The notes below the pieces were generated by a model. It was not told the DNA's origin and ran no database searches. It saw only the letters and a program-made list of their open reading frames with translations. A program made the position numbers and the translations under genes. Source: Candidatus Krumholzibacteriia bacterium (GTDB lineage: Bacteria; Krumholzibacteriota; Krumholzibacteriia; LZORAL124-64-63). Taken from it: a DNA stretch of 64,000 nucleotides. Location of the stretch: the NCBI GenBank assembly GCA_035447065.1, contig DAOTGJ010000004.1:12231-76230 (forward strand), in the 5' to 3' direction. Below are positions 27,288-36,180 of this stretch, in pieces; positions within the stretch are counted from its first letter, which is position 1, and each line of letters starts with the position of its first letter.

Positions 27288-28076
27288 TCAGTCGCCGGCG
27301 GGCGCGGCGGCGTCGGCGCCGTCGCTGCTCACGGTGGCGGCGCCGGAGGCCGCGGTGGCCTTCTGCACGTCCACGGCGTCGCGGCCCTCGCGGCGCGCGC
27401 TGCGGCCCTCGAGGATCGAGTCGCAGGCCATGCGCGCGTAGAGCGAGATGGCGCGGATCGCGTCGTCGTTGCCCGGCACGGGAATGGTCACGGGCTCGGG
27501 ATCGCTGTTGGTGTCCACCACGCCGATGACCGGGATGCCCAGCTTGTTGGCTTCCTTGACGGCCGTCTCCTCCTCCACCGTGTCGATGATGAACACCGCG
27601 GCGGGCAGGCCCTTCATGTGGCGGATGCCGCCCAGGTCCTTGGACAGCTTCACGTACTGGCGGTCGATCTGGAGCTGCTCCTTCTTGGAGTGCTGCTCGA
27701 TCTTGCCGGTCGCGCGCAGGCCCTCGATGTGCTCGAGCTTGTGGACGCTCTTGCTGATGGTCTGCCAGTTGGTGAGCATGCCGCCCAGCCAGCGCTCGGT
27801 CACGTAGGGCATGCCGCACTTCTCGGCCGCCTCGCGCACCGCCACCTTGGCCTGCTTCTTGGTGCCCACGAAGAGCACGCTGCCGCCCTTGGCCGCCACG
27901 ACCTGGAGGAAGTCGCTGGCCTTGTAGAGGGCCTTGAGGGTCTTCTGGAGATCGATGATGTAGATGCCGTTGCGGGCGATGAAGATGTAGGGACGCATCT
28001 TCGGGTTCCACTTGCGGGTCTGGTGCCCGAAGTGGACGCCGGCCTCGAGCAGGTCGCGCAGTCCGACATTGGCCAT
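27288..28076 (-). CDS. rpsB: 30S ribosomal protein S2
   Basis: MANVGLRDLLEAGVHFGHQTRKWNPKM...; 262 aa with an acidic C-terminal tail. Confidence 0.95.
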   Translation of the reverse strand: MANVGLRDLLEAGVHFGHQTRKWNPKMRPYIFIARNGIYIIDLQKTLKALYKASDFLQVVAAKGGSVLFVGTKKQAKVAVREAAEKCGMPYVTERWLGGMLTNWQTISKSVHKLEHIEGLRATGKIEQHSKKEQLQIDRQYVKLSKDLGGIRHMKGLPAAVFIIDTVEEETAVKEANKLGIPVIGVVDTNSDPEPVTIPVPGNDDAIRAISLYARMACDSILEGRSARREGRDAVDVQKATAASGAATVSSDGADAAAPAGD

Positions 28077-28329
28077 GGTGGTGTCTCTTTCGTCTCGGGT
28101 TGAGCCTCCCCGGCCTTCGTCGCTCCCACCGAACGCCGGGTCCTGGGAAGGACCGGGGGCGCCACCGGGTGGGGGCTCGGGTCGGGTGGGTGGTGGGCAT
28201 CCGGTCCATTAGGGGCCGGCGCCGTAGCGGCGGAGCCTGGGCTCACCATGTTCGGTCGCCCAGGATCCGCCGACACATTGTGGAAGCGCTCCCTACGGTG
28301 CGAGCACTCCCGGCAGGATCGGAACGATC

Positions 28330-28716
28330 CTAGCGCTTGCTGAACTGGAACCGCTTGCGGGCGCCCGGCTGACCGTACTTCTTGCGCTCCACGGCACGGG
28401 AGTCGCGGGTCAGCAGGCCGGCCTTGCGCATGATGGTGCGGTTCTCCTCGTCCAGCGCCACCAGGGCGCGGGCGATGCCGTGACGGATGGCGCCGGCCTG
28501 ACCGGTCACGCCGCCGCCCTTCACGGTGGCCATCACGTCATAGGTGCCCTCGCCGCCCAAGGCGCCGAAGGGCTCGTTGATGGCCTGGATGCGGATGCCA
28601 TCGAAGTACTGGTCGGCGGGCTTGTGGTTGACCGTGATCTTGCCGGTGCCGCCGGGGATCACCCAGACGCGGGCCACCGAGGTCTTGCGCCGACCGGTCG
28701 CGTAGAACTTCTCCAC
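28330..28716 (-). CDS. rpsI: 30S ribosomal protein S9
   Basis: [13 protein letters not shown]...[19 protein letters not shown]...[25 protein letters not shown]. Confidence 0.95.
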   Translation of the reverse strand: MEKFYATGRRKTSVARVWVIPGGTGKITVNHKPADQYFDGIRIQAINEPFGALGGEGTYDVMATVKGGGVTGQAGAIRHGIARALVALDEENRTIMRKAGLLTRDSRAVERKKYGQPGARKRFQFSKR

Positions 28717-28749
28717 TTCCTACCTCCTGCCGCCGCGGCGGCTGGGAAA

Positions 28750-29190
28750 CTAGCGGTAACTGGGCAGCTCGAAGGCGCGGGGCTGCTGAGCCTCGTGCTT
28801 GTGCGCGGCGCCCTCGTAGACGCGCAGGTGCTTGATCTGCGCGCGGGCCAGCTTGGTCTTGGGCAGCATGCCCTTCACGGCGTGCGTGATGACGAAATCG
28901 GGGTGCTTCTTCATCATCTCCTGGATGGGAGTGATCTTCTGCCCGCCGATGTAGCCGCTGACCTGCTGGTAGGTCTTCTGATCGATCTTCTGCCCGGTCA
29001 GCTTGACCTTCTCGGCGTTGATCACGATCACGTGGTCGCCCATGTCCATGTGGGGGGTGAACGTGGGCTTGTGCTTGCCGCGCAGCAGGGTCGCCACGTG
29101 GGTCGCCAGGCGGCCGAGGGGAACGTCGGTGGCGTCCACGACGAGCCACTCGCGATCGATCTCGGCCTTCTTCATGCTGTAGGTCTTCAA
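28750..29190 (-). CDS. rplM: 50S ribosomal protein L13 (probable TTG start)
   Basis: LKTYSMKKAEIDREWLVVDATDVPLGRLA.. aligns to the L13 N-terminus MKTF..K..V.R.WYVVDA. GGAGG lies 7 nt upstream of the TTG at 29190. The track start at 29334 is an over-extension. An ATG at 29176 is an alternative start. Confidence 0.85.
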   Translation of the reverse strand: MKTYSMKKAEIDREWLVVDATDVPLGRLATHVATLLRGKHKPTFTPHMDMGDHVIVINAEKVKLTGQKIDQKTYQQVSGYIGGQKITPIQEMMKKHPDFVITHAVKGMLPKTKLARAQIKHLRVYEGAAHKHEAQQPRAFELPSYR

Positions 29191-29412
29191 CCTGGTGCCT
29201 CCATGAGGGGGACGCACACCAGCGCCACGGATCGCCAGATCCGGGGGCGCGAGGAGGGCATCCGCAAAGGTTTCCGCAGTGTCGCTCACGGCGTAACGGC
29301 CCTTGTCCGACGGCTCGCGCCGGGGGCCTGGCAACGTCTTGATCGGGACTTGCGTGGCCGCGTGTCGCGGAAGCGCTTGCAGCGCAAGGCGGGGAATGTA
29401 GCAAACCGCCCG

Positions 29413-30501
29413 TCAGGTGTCAAGAACGGGGTTTTCCCCAGCCCAGGCCAGGCTCTCCCCGTACGGCGGGCGGTGCGCTCCCCGCTCCGTGACGATGGCC
29501 GTGATCAGGGCCGCCGGCGTCACGTCGAAGGCCGGATTCCACGCCCCCACTCCGGCCGGTGCCCACGAAAGATCACGGAATCCAAGGACTTCTGCGGCTC
29601 CCCGCTCCTCCACCGGAATGGCTTCTCCATCCGGGCAGGCCGGATCCAGGGTGGACGACGGGGCCGCCACGTAGAAGGGCACCCCGTGCTCCCGGGCCGC
29701 CAGAGCCAGGGGATAGGTCCCCACCTTGTTGGCCGTGTCGCCGTTGCGGGCGATCCGGTCCGCCCCCACCACCACGGCGTCCACGCCGCCCCGCCGCAGC
29801 AGGCCGGCCGCCGCGCCCTCGCAGAGCACGGTCACCGGCACCCCGCGGGCCTGGAGCTCCCAGGCGGTCAGGCGCGCCCCCTGGAGCAGGGGCCGGGTCT
29901 CGTCGGCGAACACGTGGATGCGCTTGCCGGCCTCCTGGGCGGCGTAGACCACCCCCAGGGCCGTGCCGTAGCCGCCGGTGGCCAGGCCGCCGGCGTTGCA
30001 GTGGGTGAGCACCACGGCGTCGTCGGGCAGCAGGGCGGCGCCGGCGGCGCCCAGGGCCCGTCCCAGGGCGATGTCCTCATCGCGCACCGCCGCGGCCTCG
30101 GAGCGCAGCCGCTCCCCCACCGCCGCCACGTCCAGGCCGGCGGCCAGGGCGGCGTCGGCGGCGCGGTCCAGGCGTTCCAGGCCCCAGAACAGGTTCACGG
30201 CCGTGGGCCGGGTGGCGGCCAGGGCGTCGCGGTCCGCGCCCAGGGCGGCCCGCGCGGCGGTCGCGTCCCGGCCCGCGCGCCGCGACAGGTCCCAGCTCAG
30301 CGCCATGCCCCACGCCGCCGCGCAGCCGATGGCCGGGGCCCCGCGCACCGCCAGCTCGCGGATCGCGTCGCCCAGCTCCGCCACCGTGCGGCAGTCGCGG
30401 AACTCCAGCCGTTCCGGCAGCAGGGTCTGGTCGATGAGGCGCACGGCACCGTCGCGCCAGTCCACCACCGGGAACGGGAAGGGCAGGGTGCGGGGGTCCA
30501 T
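29413..30501 (-). CDS. mtnA: S-methyl-5-thioribose-1-phosphate isomerase (eIF-2B alpha/beta/delta-like family)
   Basis: 362 aa: ..AIRELAVRGAPAIGCAAAWG.., ..THCNAGGLATGGYGTALGV.., ..GADRIARNGDTANKVGTY.. Confidence 0.75.
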   Translation of the reverse strand: MDPRTLPFPFPVVDWRDGAVRLIDQTLLPERLEFRDCRTVAELGDAIRELAVRGAPAIGCAAAWGMALSWDLSRRAGRDATAARAALGADRDALAATRPTAVNLFWGLERLDRAADAALAAGLDVAAVGERLRSEAAAVRDEDIALGRALGAAGAALLPDDAVVLTHCNAGGLATGGYGTALGVVYAAQEAGKRIHVFADETRPLLQGARLTAWELQARGVPVTVLCEGAAAGLLRRGGVDAVVVGADRIARNGDTANKVGTYPLALAAREHGVPFYVAAPSSTLDPACPDGEAIPVEERGAAEVLGFRDLSWAPAGVGAWNPAFDVTPAALITAIVTERGAHRPPYGESLAWAGENPVLDT

Positions 30502-30502
30502 G

Positions 30503-31123
30503 TCAGTCTCCCAGGATCTCGCGCAGGCCGGCGCCCAGACGCGCCAACGGCAGGCCCATGACGTTGAAGTAGCAGCCGTCCACCCCGCGCACCATCATGG
30601 CTCCGAAGCCCTGGATCCCGTAGGCCCCGGCCTTGTCCATGGGTTCGCCGGTGGCCACGTAGGCGGCGATGTCGTCGTCGGTCAGAGGCAGGAACTCCAC
30701 CCCCGTGCGCTCCGCGGCGTCCCAGGCCCGGCCCTCCGCGGCCCGCCGCAGGGCCACCGCGGTGATCACGGTGTGGCGGTGGGCCGCCAGGCGGCGGAGC
30801 ATGGCCCGCGCCTCGGCCTCGTCGCGGGGCTTCTCCAGGATCTCCCCGTCCAGCACCACGATGGTGTCCGCGCCCAGCACCAGGCGTTCCGGCGCCGCGG
30901 CGGCCACGGCGTCGGCCTTGGCCCCCGCCAGGTACCGGGCGTACGTCACCGGGTCGCCCTGGGCCAGGCGCGCGGCCACGACGGGATCCTCCACGTGCTC
31001 CGCCGCCGGCCGCACCTCGAAGGGCACGCCCGCCACGCGCAGCAGCTCCGCCCGGCGCGGCGAACGCGAGGCCAGCAGCAGGGTCTCCCCCGCCGGCCAG
31101 GGCACGAAAGGCGTCAGGGTCAC
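30503..31123 (-). CDS. maf: Maf-like nucleoside triphosphate pyrophosphatase (septum formation protein Maf)
   Basis: The true N-terminus is VTLTPFVPW...LLLASRSPRRAELLR. The GTG start at 31123 overlaps the dtd stop (GTGA). The C-terminus has ..KAGAYGIQGFGAMMVRGVDGCYFNVMGLP.. Confidence 0.75.
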   Translation of the reverse strand: MTLTPFVPWPAGETLLLASRSPRRAELLRVAGVPFEVRPAAEHVEDPVVAARLAQGDPVTYARYLAGAKADAVAAAAPERLVLGADTIVVLDGEILEKPRDEAEARAMLRRLAAHRHTVITAVALRRAAEGRAWDAAERTGVEFLPLTDDDIAAYVATGEPMDKAGAYGIQGFGAMMVRGVDGCYFNVMGLPLARLGAGLREILGD

Positions 31124-31578
31124 GGCGTCTCCTCGTCGGCGTCGCGGTCCACGATGAGGGTCACCGGGCCCTCGTTGATCAGCTCCACGCTCATGCTCGC
31201 CCCGAACTCCCCCTCGGCCACCGTGGGCCAGGCCTCGCGCAGCAGCGCCCCGAAGCGCCCGTACAGCGCGCGCGCCCGCTCCGGCGGCGCCGAGCCCGTG
31301 AAGCTGGGCCGGTGGCCGCGGCGGCAGTCGCCGTACAGGGTGAACTGGGAGACCAGGAGGATGCCGCCGCCGGTGTCGGCCAGGCTGCGGTTGATGCGGC
31401 CCTCGTCGTCGTTGAACAGGCGCAGGGCGGGCAGCTTGCGCGCCATCCAGGCCAGCTCCGCCTCGGTGTCGCCGGGGGCGAAGGCCGCCAGCACCAGCAG
31501 GCCGCCGTCGATGCGTCCGGTGACCCGGCCGTCCACGCGCACCTCGGCGCGGGACACTCGCTGGACGACGCATCGCAA
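31120..31578 (-). CDS. dtd: D-aminoacyl-tRNA deacylase
   Basis: MRCVVQRVSRAEVRVDGRV...LLVLAAFAPGDTE...ILLVSQFTLYGD...SMSVELINEGPVT. Confidence 0.9.
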   Translation of the reverse strand: MRCVVQRVSRAEVRVDGRVTGRIDGGLLVLAAFAPGDTEAELAWMARKLPALRLFNDDEGRINRSLADTGGGILLVSQFTLYGDCRRGHRPSFTGSAPPERARALYGRFGALLREAWPTVAEGEFGASMSVELINEGPVTLIVDRDADEETP

Positions 31579-31594
31579 GGGCCGGACCTCCGTG

Positions 31595-33775
31595 TCAGCC
31601 GATCTGGTACCGCTCCACCCGCGACACGTTGGGCACGCGCCGCACGGTGTTGAGGATCTTCTCCAGGTTGTTCAGGTTGCGCACCTCCACCAGCAGGGAG
31701 ACGCGCGCGTACTCGCCGTCGGCCTTGAAGTCGCCGCTCTGGATGTTGCTGCCCAGGCCGCTGATGGCGTCGCTCACGTCGGCCAGCAGGCCCTTGCGGT
31801 CCTCGCCGGTGACGATGAGCTTCACCAGGAACGTGCGGTTCTCCTCCACGTCCCAGGTCACCTCGATGAGGCGCTCGTCCGGCGAGTCCTTCAGGTTGGG
31901 GCAGCCCACGCGGTGCACGGACACGCCGCGGCCGCGGGTGATCACGCCCACCACCGAGTCGCCCGGGATGGGCTCGCAGCAGCGGGCGTAGCGCACCATC
32001 AGGCTGTCCAGCCCCTGGATGCGCACCCCGCCCACCTTGCGGCGCATGATGGACGCGTAGAGGTCCTTGCCCATGTCCACCAGGCGCGCCGGCGGGGCCT
32101 TCTCCTCCGGCGCCACCTTGTGCAGCACCTTGGTGGCGGTGAGGTCGCCGCGGCCCACGGCCGCGAACATGCGGTCCACGTCCGTGTAGCCCAGGTCCTG
32201 GCTGGTGTCCACGAAATCGCGGTCCAGCTTCAGGTTCAGCTTCTTCTTGCGCGACTCCCGCTCCAGGATCTCGCGGCCCAGGCGCACGCTGTCCTCGAAC
32301 TGGGTGGAGCGGATCCAGCGCCGGATGTGGTGCTTGGCCTTGCTGGTCTTGACGATGTCCAGCCACGACGTGCTGGGGTGCGCGCTGCCGCTGGTCAGGA
32401 TCTCCACCGTGTCGCGGTTCTCCAGCGGCGTGGTCAGGCTCACGATGCGGCCGTTGACCTTGGCCCCCACGCAGCGCAGCCCCACCTCCGAGTGCACCTC
32501 GAAGGCGAAGTCCAGCGGCGTGGACCCGCGCGGGAACTGGAAGAGGTCGCCCGCCGGCGAGAACACGAAGACCTCGTCCTGGAAGAGGTCGATCTTCATG
32601 GACTCCATGAACTCGCGCGGGTCCGCCACGTCCTCCTGCCACTCCACCAGCTGGCGCAGCCACGCCACCATGCGCGTGAAGTCGATGGTCCCGCCCTGCT
32701 CCCCCTCCTTGTACATCCAGTGGGCCGCGATGCCGATCTCGCTGCGCTCGTGCATCTCGTGCGTGCGGATCTGGATCTCCACGTACTTGCCGGCCGGCGT
32801 GCGCACCGTGGTGTGCAGGCTCTGGTACATGTTGGCCTTGGGGTTGGCCACGAAGTCCTTGATGCGGTCGTGCAGGGGCGAGAAGAGCGAGTGCACGATG
32901 CCCAGGGCGTGGTAGCAGTCGGCCTTGCTCTCCACCAGGATGCGCAGGGCCAGCAGGTCGTAGATGGCCTCGATGCCCACGCCCTGCCGCTTCATCTTGT
33001 TGTGGATGGACCAGAAGTGCTTGGGCCGCCCGCCGATCTCCGCCGTGATGCCCGCCTCCACCAGGGCCGCCGCCAGCGGCGCGCGCACCTGCTCGATGAT
33101 GCGCTCGCGGTCCGCGCGGGTCTGGTTCACCGCGCGCTCCACCGCGAAGTAGGCCTCGGGGTCCAGCACCTTGAAGCAGCGGTCCTCCAGCTCCCACTTG
33201 ATCTTGGCCAGGCCGAAGCGGTGGGCCAGCGGCGCGAACACGTCCAGGGTCTCGCGGGCCATGCCCTGCTGGCGGTCCGGCGGCAGGTACTGCACGGTGC
33301 GCATGTTGTGGAGGCGGTCGGCCATCTTGATCAGCACGGTGCGCGGATCCTGGGCCGTGGTGAAGACCAGCTTGCGGTAGTTCTCGGCCTTGCGCGTCTC
33401 GGGGTTGTGGCTGCGCAGGTCGCTGATCTTCGTGACGCCGTCCACCATGCGCGCCACGTCGGCGCCGAACTCGGCGCGGATCTCCTCCAGGGAGACCGAC
33501 GTGTCCTCCACCACGTCGTGGAGCAGGCCGGCGCAGAGGGTGTCCACGTCCATGCGCAGGTCCGCCAGGATGTCGATCACCGTCAGGGCGTGGATGTAGT
33601 ACGGCTCGCCGCTCTTGCGCAGCTGGCCCTCGTGGGCGCTGCGGCCGCGTCGATAGGCGCGCCAGAGGCGGTCCTCGTCGGCGCGCGGGTTGTACTCGCG
33701 CACCTTGCGGACCACGGCGCTCATCATGGCGTCGAGGTCGATGCTGCCGCCGCTGCCGTCGCCGAAGGGCACCAT
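31595..33775 (-). CDS. rel: bifunctional (p)ppGpp synthetase/hydrolase RelA/SpoT (Rel)
   Basis: HD domain (YIHALTVIDILADLRMD...HDVVEDT), synthetase domain (..RPKHFWSIHNKM..YQSLHTTV..), TGS and ACT domains. The true start is MVPFGDG... at 33775, overlapping the recJ stop by 1 nt. Confidence 0.9.
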   Translation of the reverse strand: MVPFGDGSGGSIDLDAMMSAVVRKVREYNPRADEDRLWRAYRRGRSAHEGQLRKSGEPYYIHALTVIDILADLRMDVDTLCAGLLHDVVEDTSVSLEEIRAEFGADVARMVDGVTKISDLRSHNPETRKAENYRKLVFTTAQDPRTVLIKMADRLHNMRTVQYLPPDRQQGMARETLDVFAPLAHRFGLAKIKWELEDRCFKVLDPEAYFAVERAVNQTRADRERIIEQVRAPLAAALVEAGITAEIGGRPKHFWSIHNKMKRQGVGIEAIYDLLALRILVESKADCYHALGIVHSLFSPLHDRIKDFVANPKANMYQSLHTTVRTPAGKYVEIQIRTHEMHERSEIGIAAHWMYKEGEQGGTIDFTRMVAWLRQLVEWQEDVADPREFMESMKIDLFQDEVFVFSPAGDLFQFPRGSTPLDFAFEVHSEVGLRCVGAKVNGRIVSLTTPLENRDTVEILTSGSAHPSTSWLDIVKTSKAKHHIRRWIRSTQFEDSVRLGREILERESRKKKLNLKLDRDFVDTSQDLGYTDVDRMFAAVGRGDLTATKVLHKVAPEEKAPPARLVDMGKDLYASIMRRKVGGVRIQGLDSLMVRYARCCEPIPGDSVVGVITRGRGVSVHRVGCPNLKDSPDERLIEVTWDVEENRTFLVKLIVTGEDRKGLLADVSDAISGLGSNIQSGDFKADGEYARVSLLVEVRNLNNLEKILNTVRRVPNVSRVERYQIG

Positions 33776-35721
33776 CACGACTCCGCGGGCTTCAGGTCCA
33801 GGAGCTGCTGCTGAACCGGGTCCACCGCGCGCCCGTCGCGCGGCCGCCAGGTGTTGGGGGCCACCGTGAACAGGATGTCCCAGGCGCCGTCCATGGCCTC
33901 GCGCAGGCCCCCGGACAGGCCGCGCAGGTGATCGTTCCAGGCCCGGCCGTGGCCGAAGCACACGAACTCGCGGGACAGGGCGGGCGTGCCGCCGTTGCCG
34001 CCGTCGTCCGGCGCGGCGAAGCCGAAGCGCAGGTGGTCGCCGGTGCGCCCCATGACCTGGGGCGGCCGCCGCAGGCGCACGCCGTTGCAACGCAGCACGG
34101 GCAGGCGGTTCCCCTCGCCGAAGGGCGCCAGCCGCTCCAGGCCGCGGGTCAGGTCCGCCACGTCGGCCATGCTCATGGCCTCCAGGTCCAGCTCAAGGTC
34201 GTACTCGCTGACGGCGGGGCCGTCCTCCCCGGCGTGGCGCAGGGCCTCCAGGAAGGCTTCGCGGAAGGCGTCCAGGTCCGCGCTGCGCAGGGTGACGCCG
34301 GCGGCCTGGGCGTGGCCGCCGTGGCGGATGAGCAGGTCCGCACAGCGGTCCATGGCCGCCTTCACGTCCACGCCCGGCACGCTGCGCGCCGAGCCGCGGG
34401 CCTCCCCGCCCTCCACGGCGCAGAGGATGGCCGGCACCCCGAACATCTCCACCAGCCGCGAGGCGCAGATCCCGATCACGCCCTTGTGCCACAGGGCCGA
34501 GCCCAGCACCAGGCCGGGATCGCCCCGCTCCACGAAGGGCCGCGCCATGGCCGCGGCCTGCTCCTTCATCTCCTGGTCCATCTGCTTGCGCTTCTGGTTG
34601 CTGGCGTCGGCCTCGCGGGCCAGGGCGGCGGCCTCGTTGGAGTTGCGAGTCAGCAGCAGGCGCAGGGCGGCCTCCACGCGGCCCACGCGGCCGCAGGCGT
34701 TCAGGCGCGGCGCGAGCTGGTAGGCGATGTCCGTGGCGCCCACGGGGAAGCCCCGGTCCAGCCCCGACACGCTCAGCAGCGCGTGGAGCCCGGGCCGGCG
34801 CGATTCCAGATCGTTGATCCGTTCCAGGCCCTTGCAGACCAGCATGCGGTTCTCGCCCACCAGGGCCATCTGGTCGGCGATGAGCCCCAGGGCGGTCAGG
34901 TCCAGCACGCCGGCCAGGAAACCGTCGGGCAGCGCGCCGGGGGCCAGGCGCGTCACGGCCTCGGCCAGCTTGTAGGCCACGGCCACGCCGCAGAGTTCGG
35001 GGTTGGCGTAGCGGTTCTCCACCCGACGCGGATTGACCAGCACGGTGGCGCCGCGGGGCCGGCCCTCGAACAGATGGTGGTCCAGCACCACCACCTCCAT
35101 GCCGCCCCGCCGGGCCAGGTCCAGGGCCTCGTAGGCCGCGGCGCCCGTGTCCACCGTGACCAGCAGATCCACGCCGTCGGACACCCACTGCTCGATCTTG
35201 CGCAGGGCCACGCCGTAGCCGTCGCGGGCGCGGTCGGGCACGAAGGCCTCCACCAGCTCCGGGCCGCGGCCGTCCACGCGCACGGCGCCCAGCAGCTCGG
35301 CCAGCAGGGCGGTGCCGGTGATGCCGTCCACGTCGAAATCGCCGTGCACGGCCACGCGCTCGCCGGCGGCGGCGGCGCGCAGCACGCGGCGGGCGGCGGC
35401 CTCCATCTCGTCCAGGACCAGGGGGTCGTGGCCGTGATCCTGGCGGGGATAGAAGAAGCGGTCCAGCTCCTCGGGCGTGGCCAGGCCGCGGGAGGCCAGC
35501 AGGGTCAGCACGTGGTCGTCCACGCGGTGCGCCACCGCGAGGCCCAGCCGCAGCTCCGCCACCACGCCCGGGTCCGGGCGCGTCACCGACCGCCACACGC
35601 GCCCGCTGAACAGACCGCAGGCGGCCGGCTCCGGCGCGGGCGCGGGCTGGGGGGCGGTGCCGTCGGTCGCGGCGTCGAAAGGCATGCGGTACTGCAAGCG
35701 GGCCTCCATGAACGGCGGCAC
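33775..35721 (-). CDS. recJ: single-stranded-DNA-specific exonuclease RecJ
   Basis: DHH motifs (VAVHGDFDVDGITGTALL, VTVDTGAA, VLDHH) and a DHHA1 domain. 648 aa. Confidence 0.85.
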   Translation of the reverse strand: MPPFMEARLQYRMPFDAATDGTAPQPAPAPEPAACGLFSGRVWRSVTRPDPGVVAELRLGLAVAHRVDDHVLTLLASRGLATPEELDRFFYPRQDHGHDPLVLDEMEAAARRVLRAAAAGERVAVHGDFDVDGITGTALLAELLGAVRVDGRGPELVEAFVPDRARDGYGVALRKIEQWVSDGVDLLVTVDTGAAAYEALDLARRGGMEVVVLDHHLFEGRPRGATVLVNPRRVENRYANPELCGVAVAYKLAEAVTRLAPGALPDGFLAGVLDLTALGLIADQMALVGENRMLVCKGLERINDLESRRPGLHALLSVSGLDRGFPVGATDIAYQLAPRLNACGRVGRVEAALRLLLTRNSNEAAALAREADASNQKRKQMDQEMKEQAAAMARPFVERGDPGLVLGSALWHKGVIGICASRLVEMFGVPAILCAVEGGEARGSARSVPGVDVKAAMDRCADLLIRHGGHAQAAGVTLRSADLDAFREAFLEALRHAGEDGPAVSEYDLELDLEAMSMADVADLTRGLERLAPFGEGNRLPVLRCNGVRLRRPPQVMGRTGDHLRFGFAAPDDGGNGGTPALSREFVCFGHGRAWNDHLRGLSGGLREAMDGAWDILFTVAPNTWRPRDGRAVDPVQQQLLDLKPAES

Positions 35722-35760
35722 GGCCAGGCGGCCGTGCCTGCGGTCGGCGTTGAGAGAACG

Positions 35761-36122
35761 GGAGGAAGCCGGTCGTAAGCCGGGTTCTGTTGCCGCGGAG
35801 CGGCGACGGTCATGTATCTGGGATCGCCGTTCCCGACGACCTCGTGCGACCTACCCGGGAGTCGAGCGAGGCGGGCCACCTCATCCTCCCCTATATGGTC
35901 TTGCTCCGGGTGGGGTTTACCATGCGACGCCTGTCACCAGCCGCCCGGTGAGCTCTTACCTCACCTTTTCACCCTTACCGCGGTCCGAGGACCGAGGCGG
36001 TATGTTTTCTGTGGCACTTTCCGTGGGATCGCTCCCCCTGGGGGTTACCCAGCACCCTGCCCTGAGGAGCCCGGACTTTCCTCACGCCGCGAGGGCGTGC
36101 GACCGTCTCCCCGACTTCCTCC
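35761..36122 (-). ncRNA. rnpB: RNase P RNA, bacterial type A
   Basis: The reverse strand reads GGAGGAAGUCGGGGAGACGGUCGC...GAGGAAAGUCCGGGCUCC...CACAGAAAACAUACCGCC...GGUAAACCCCACCCGGAGCAAG...ACAGAACCCGGCUUACGACCGGCUUCCUCC. The universal GGAAAGUCCGGGCUCC block is present. P1 pairing joins the 5' and 3' ends. Overall it is collinear with E. coli M1 RNA. Confidence 0.9.
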
Positions 36123-36180
36123 ACACCGTATGATAGCAGATCGCGCGCGGGTGTCACCGTCCGGCTTGCGCCGCCGGCTC

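Noticed and set aside
29978-33814. 1278-aa plus-strand ORF
   Set aside because: Antisense to mtnA, maf, dtd and relA, all of which have strong homology on the minus strand.
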